Made by a program: the position numbers and the translations under genes. From sequence record MW883060: DNA of 39,713 nucleotides, one strand, 5' to 3'. This DNA comes from Escherichia phage vB_EcoP_SYGE1. This document shows positions 39,340 to 39,713 of this stretch, one piece after another (within the stretch, counting starts at the first letter, position 1; every line of letters begins with the position of its first letter). The notes under the pieces were generated by a model that ran no database searches, was not told the origin of the DNA, and saw only the letters and a list, made by a program, of their open reading frames with translations.

Positions 39340-39540
39340 CGTCTATAGGATAGGCTTTAGGCTGGTCTTTAGGCTGGTCTTTAGAAGATACTTTAAGATA
39401 GGCGTTGACTTGATGGGTCTTTATGGTTAGGCTTTAGGTGTTGGCTTTAGGATGGACGTTAGGAGGTGACTTTAGGAGGTGACTTTAGGAGGTGACTTTA
39501 GGAGGTGACTTTAGGAGGTGACTTTAGGAGGTTGTAACAG
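39340..39540. repeat. Left-end repeat array, including 5 perfect tandem copies of a 13-bp unit (aggaggtgacttt) at 39461..39525 plus a partial copy
   Basis: Dispersed ggctttagg/ggtctttag motifs, then aggaggtgacttt x5, immediately next to the terminal repeat. Confidence 0.85.
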
Positions 39541-39543
39541 ATA

Positions 39544-39713
39544 AGGGTCTCAAAGAGACACTCAAGGCAACACTCAAAGAAACACTCAAAGACAAACCCA
39601 AGGGTCATCCCAACCCTTTAGGGACCCTCAAAGTCAACTGAAAGTTGACTCAAGGTGATTGGCTGGGCTTTAGGACCCCTATGGGGGGAACTTTGGGTCC
39701 GTACACTGTGAGA
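39544..39713. repeat. Direct terminal repeat, left-end copy in conventional T7 orientation
   Basis: Identical to 1..170. Confidence 0.9.

Noticed and set aside
39461-39525. 13-bp tandem repeat considered as a CRISPR-like array
   Set aside because: The units are directly adjacent with no spacers and are far too short; this is a simple tandem repeat at the genome end.

Overview
This window is a complete T7-like podophage genome (Autographiviridae, T7 group), presented as the reverse complement of the conventional T7 map. Identical 170-bp direct terminal repeats sit at 1..170 and 39544..39713, and essentially every gene is on the minus strand. The identification rests on 17 phage-RNAP promoters (reverse complement of TAATACGACTCACTATAGGGAGA), the T-phi terminator, the phi10 leader, and ORF products that match T7 proteins I recall (T7 protein sequences and lengths are from memory, not a database search). 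Gene order runs from ocr (0.3) at the high-coordinate end to terminase (19) and 19.5 at the low end. The main non-T7 feature is that DNA polymerase gene 5 is split by a 600-nt group I intron carrying an HNH homing endonuclease ORF; the ORF track shows only a truncated 660-aa polymerase. Other departures from T7 are a long chimeric tail fibre with internal repeats, two tandem paralogous micro-ORFs between phi1.5 and phi1.6, no room for the free-standing HNH genes 3.8, 5.3 and 7.7, a 13-bp tandem repeat next to the left terminal repeat, and several apparently divergent patches (primase N-terminus, gp1.2, ligase). No tRNA or CRISPR array was seen.
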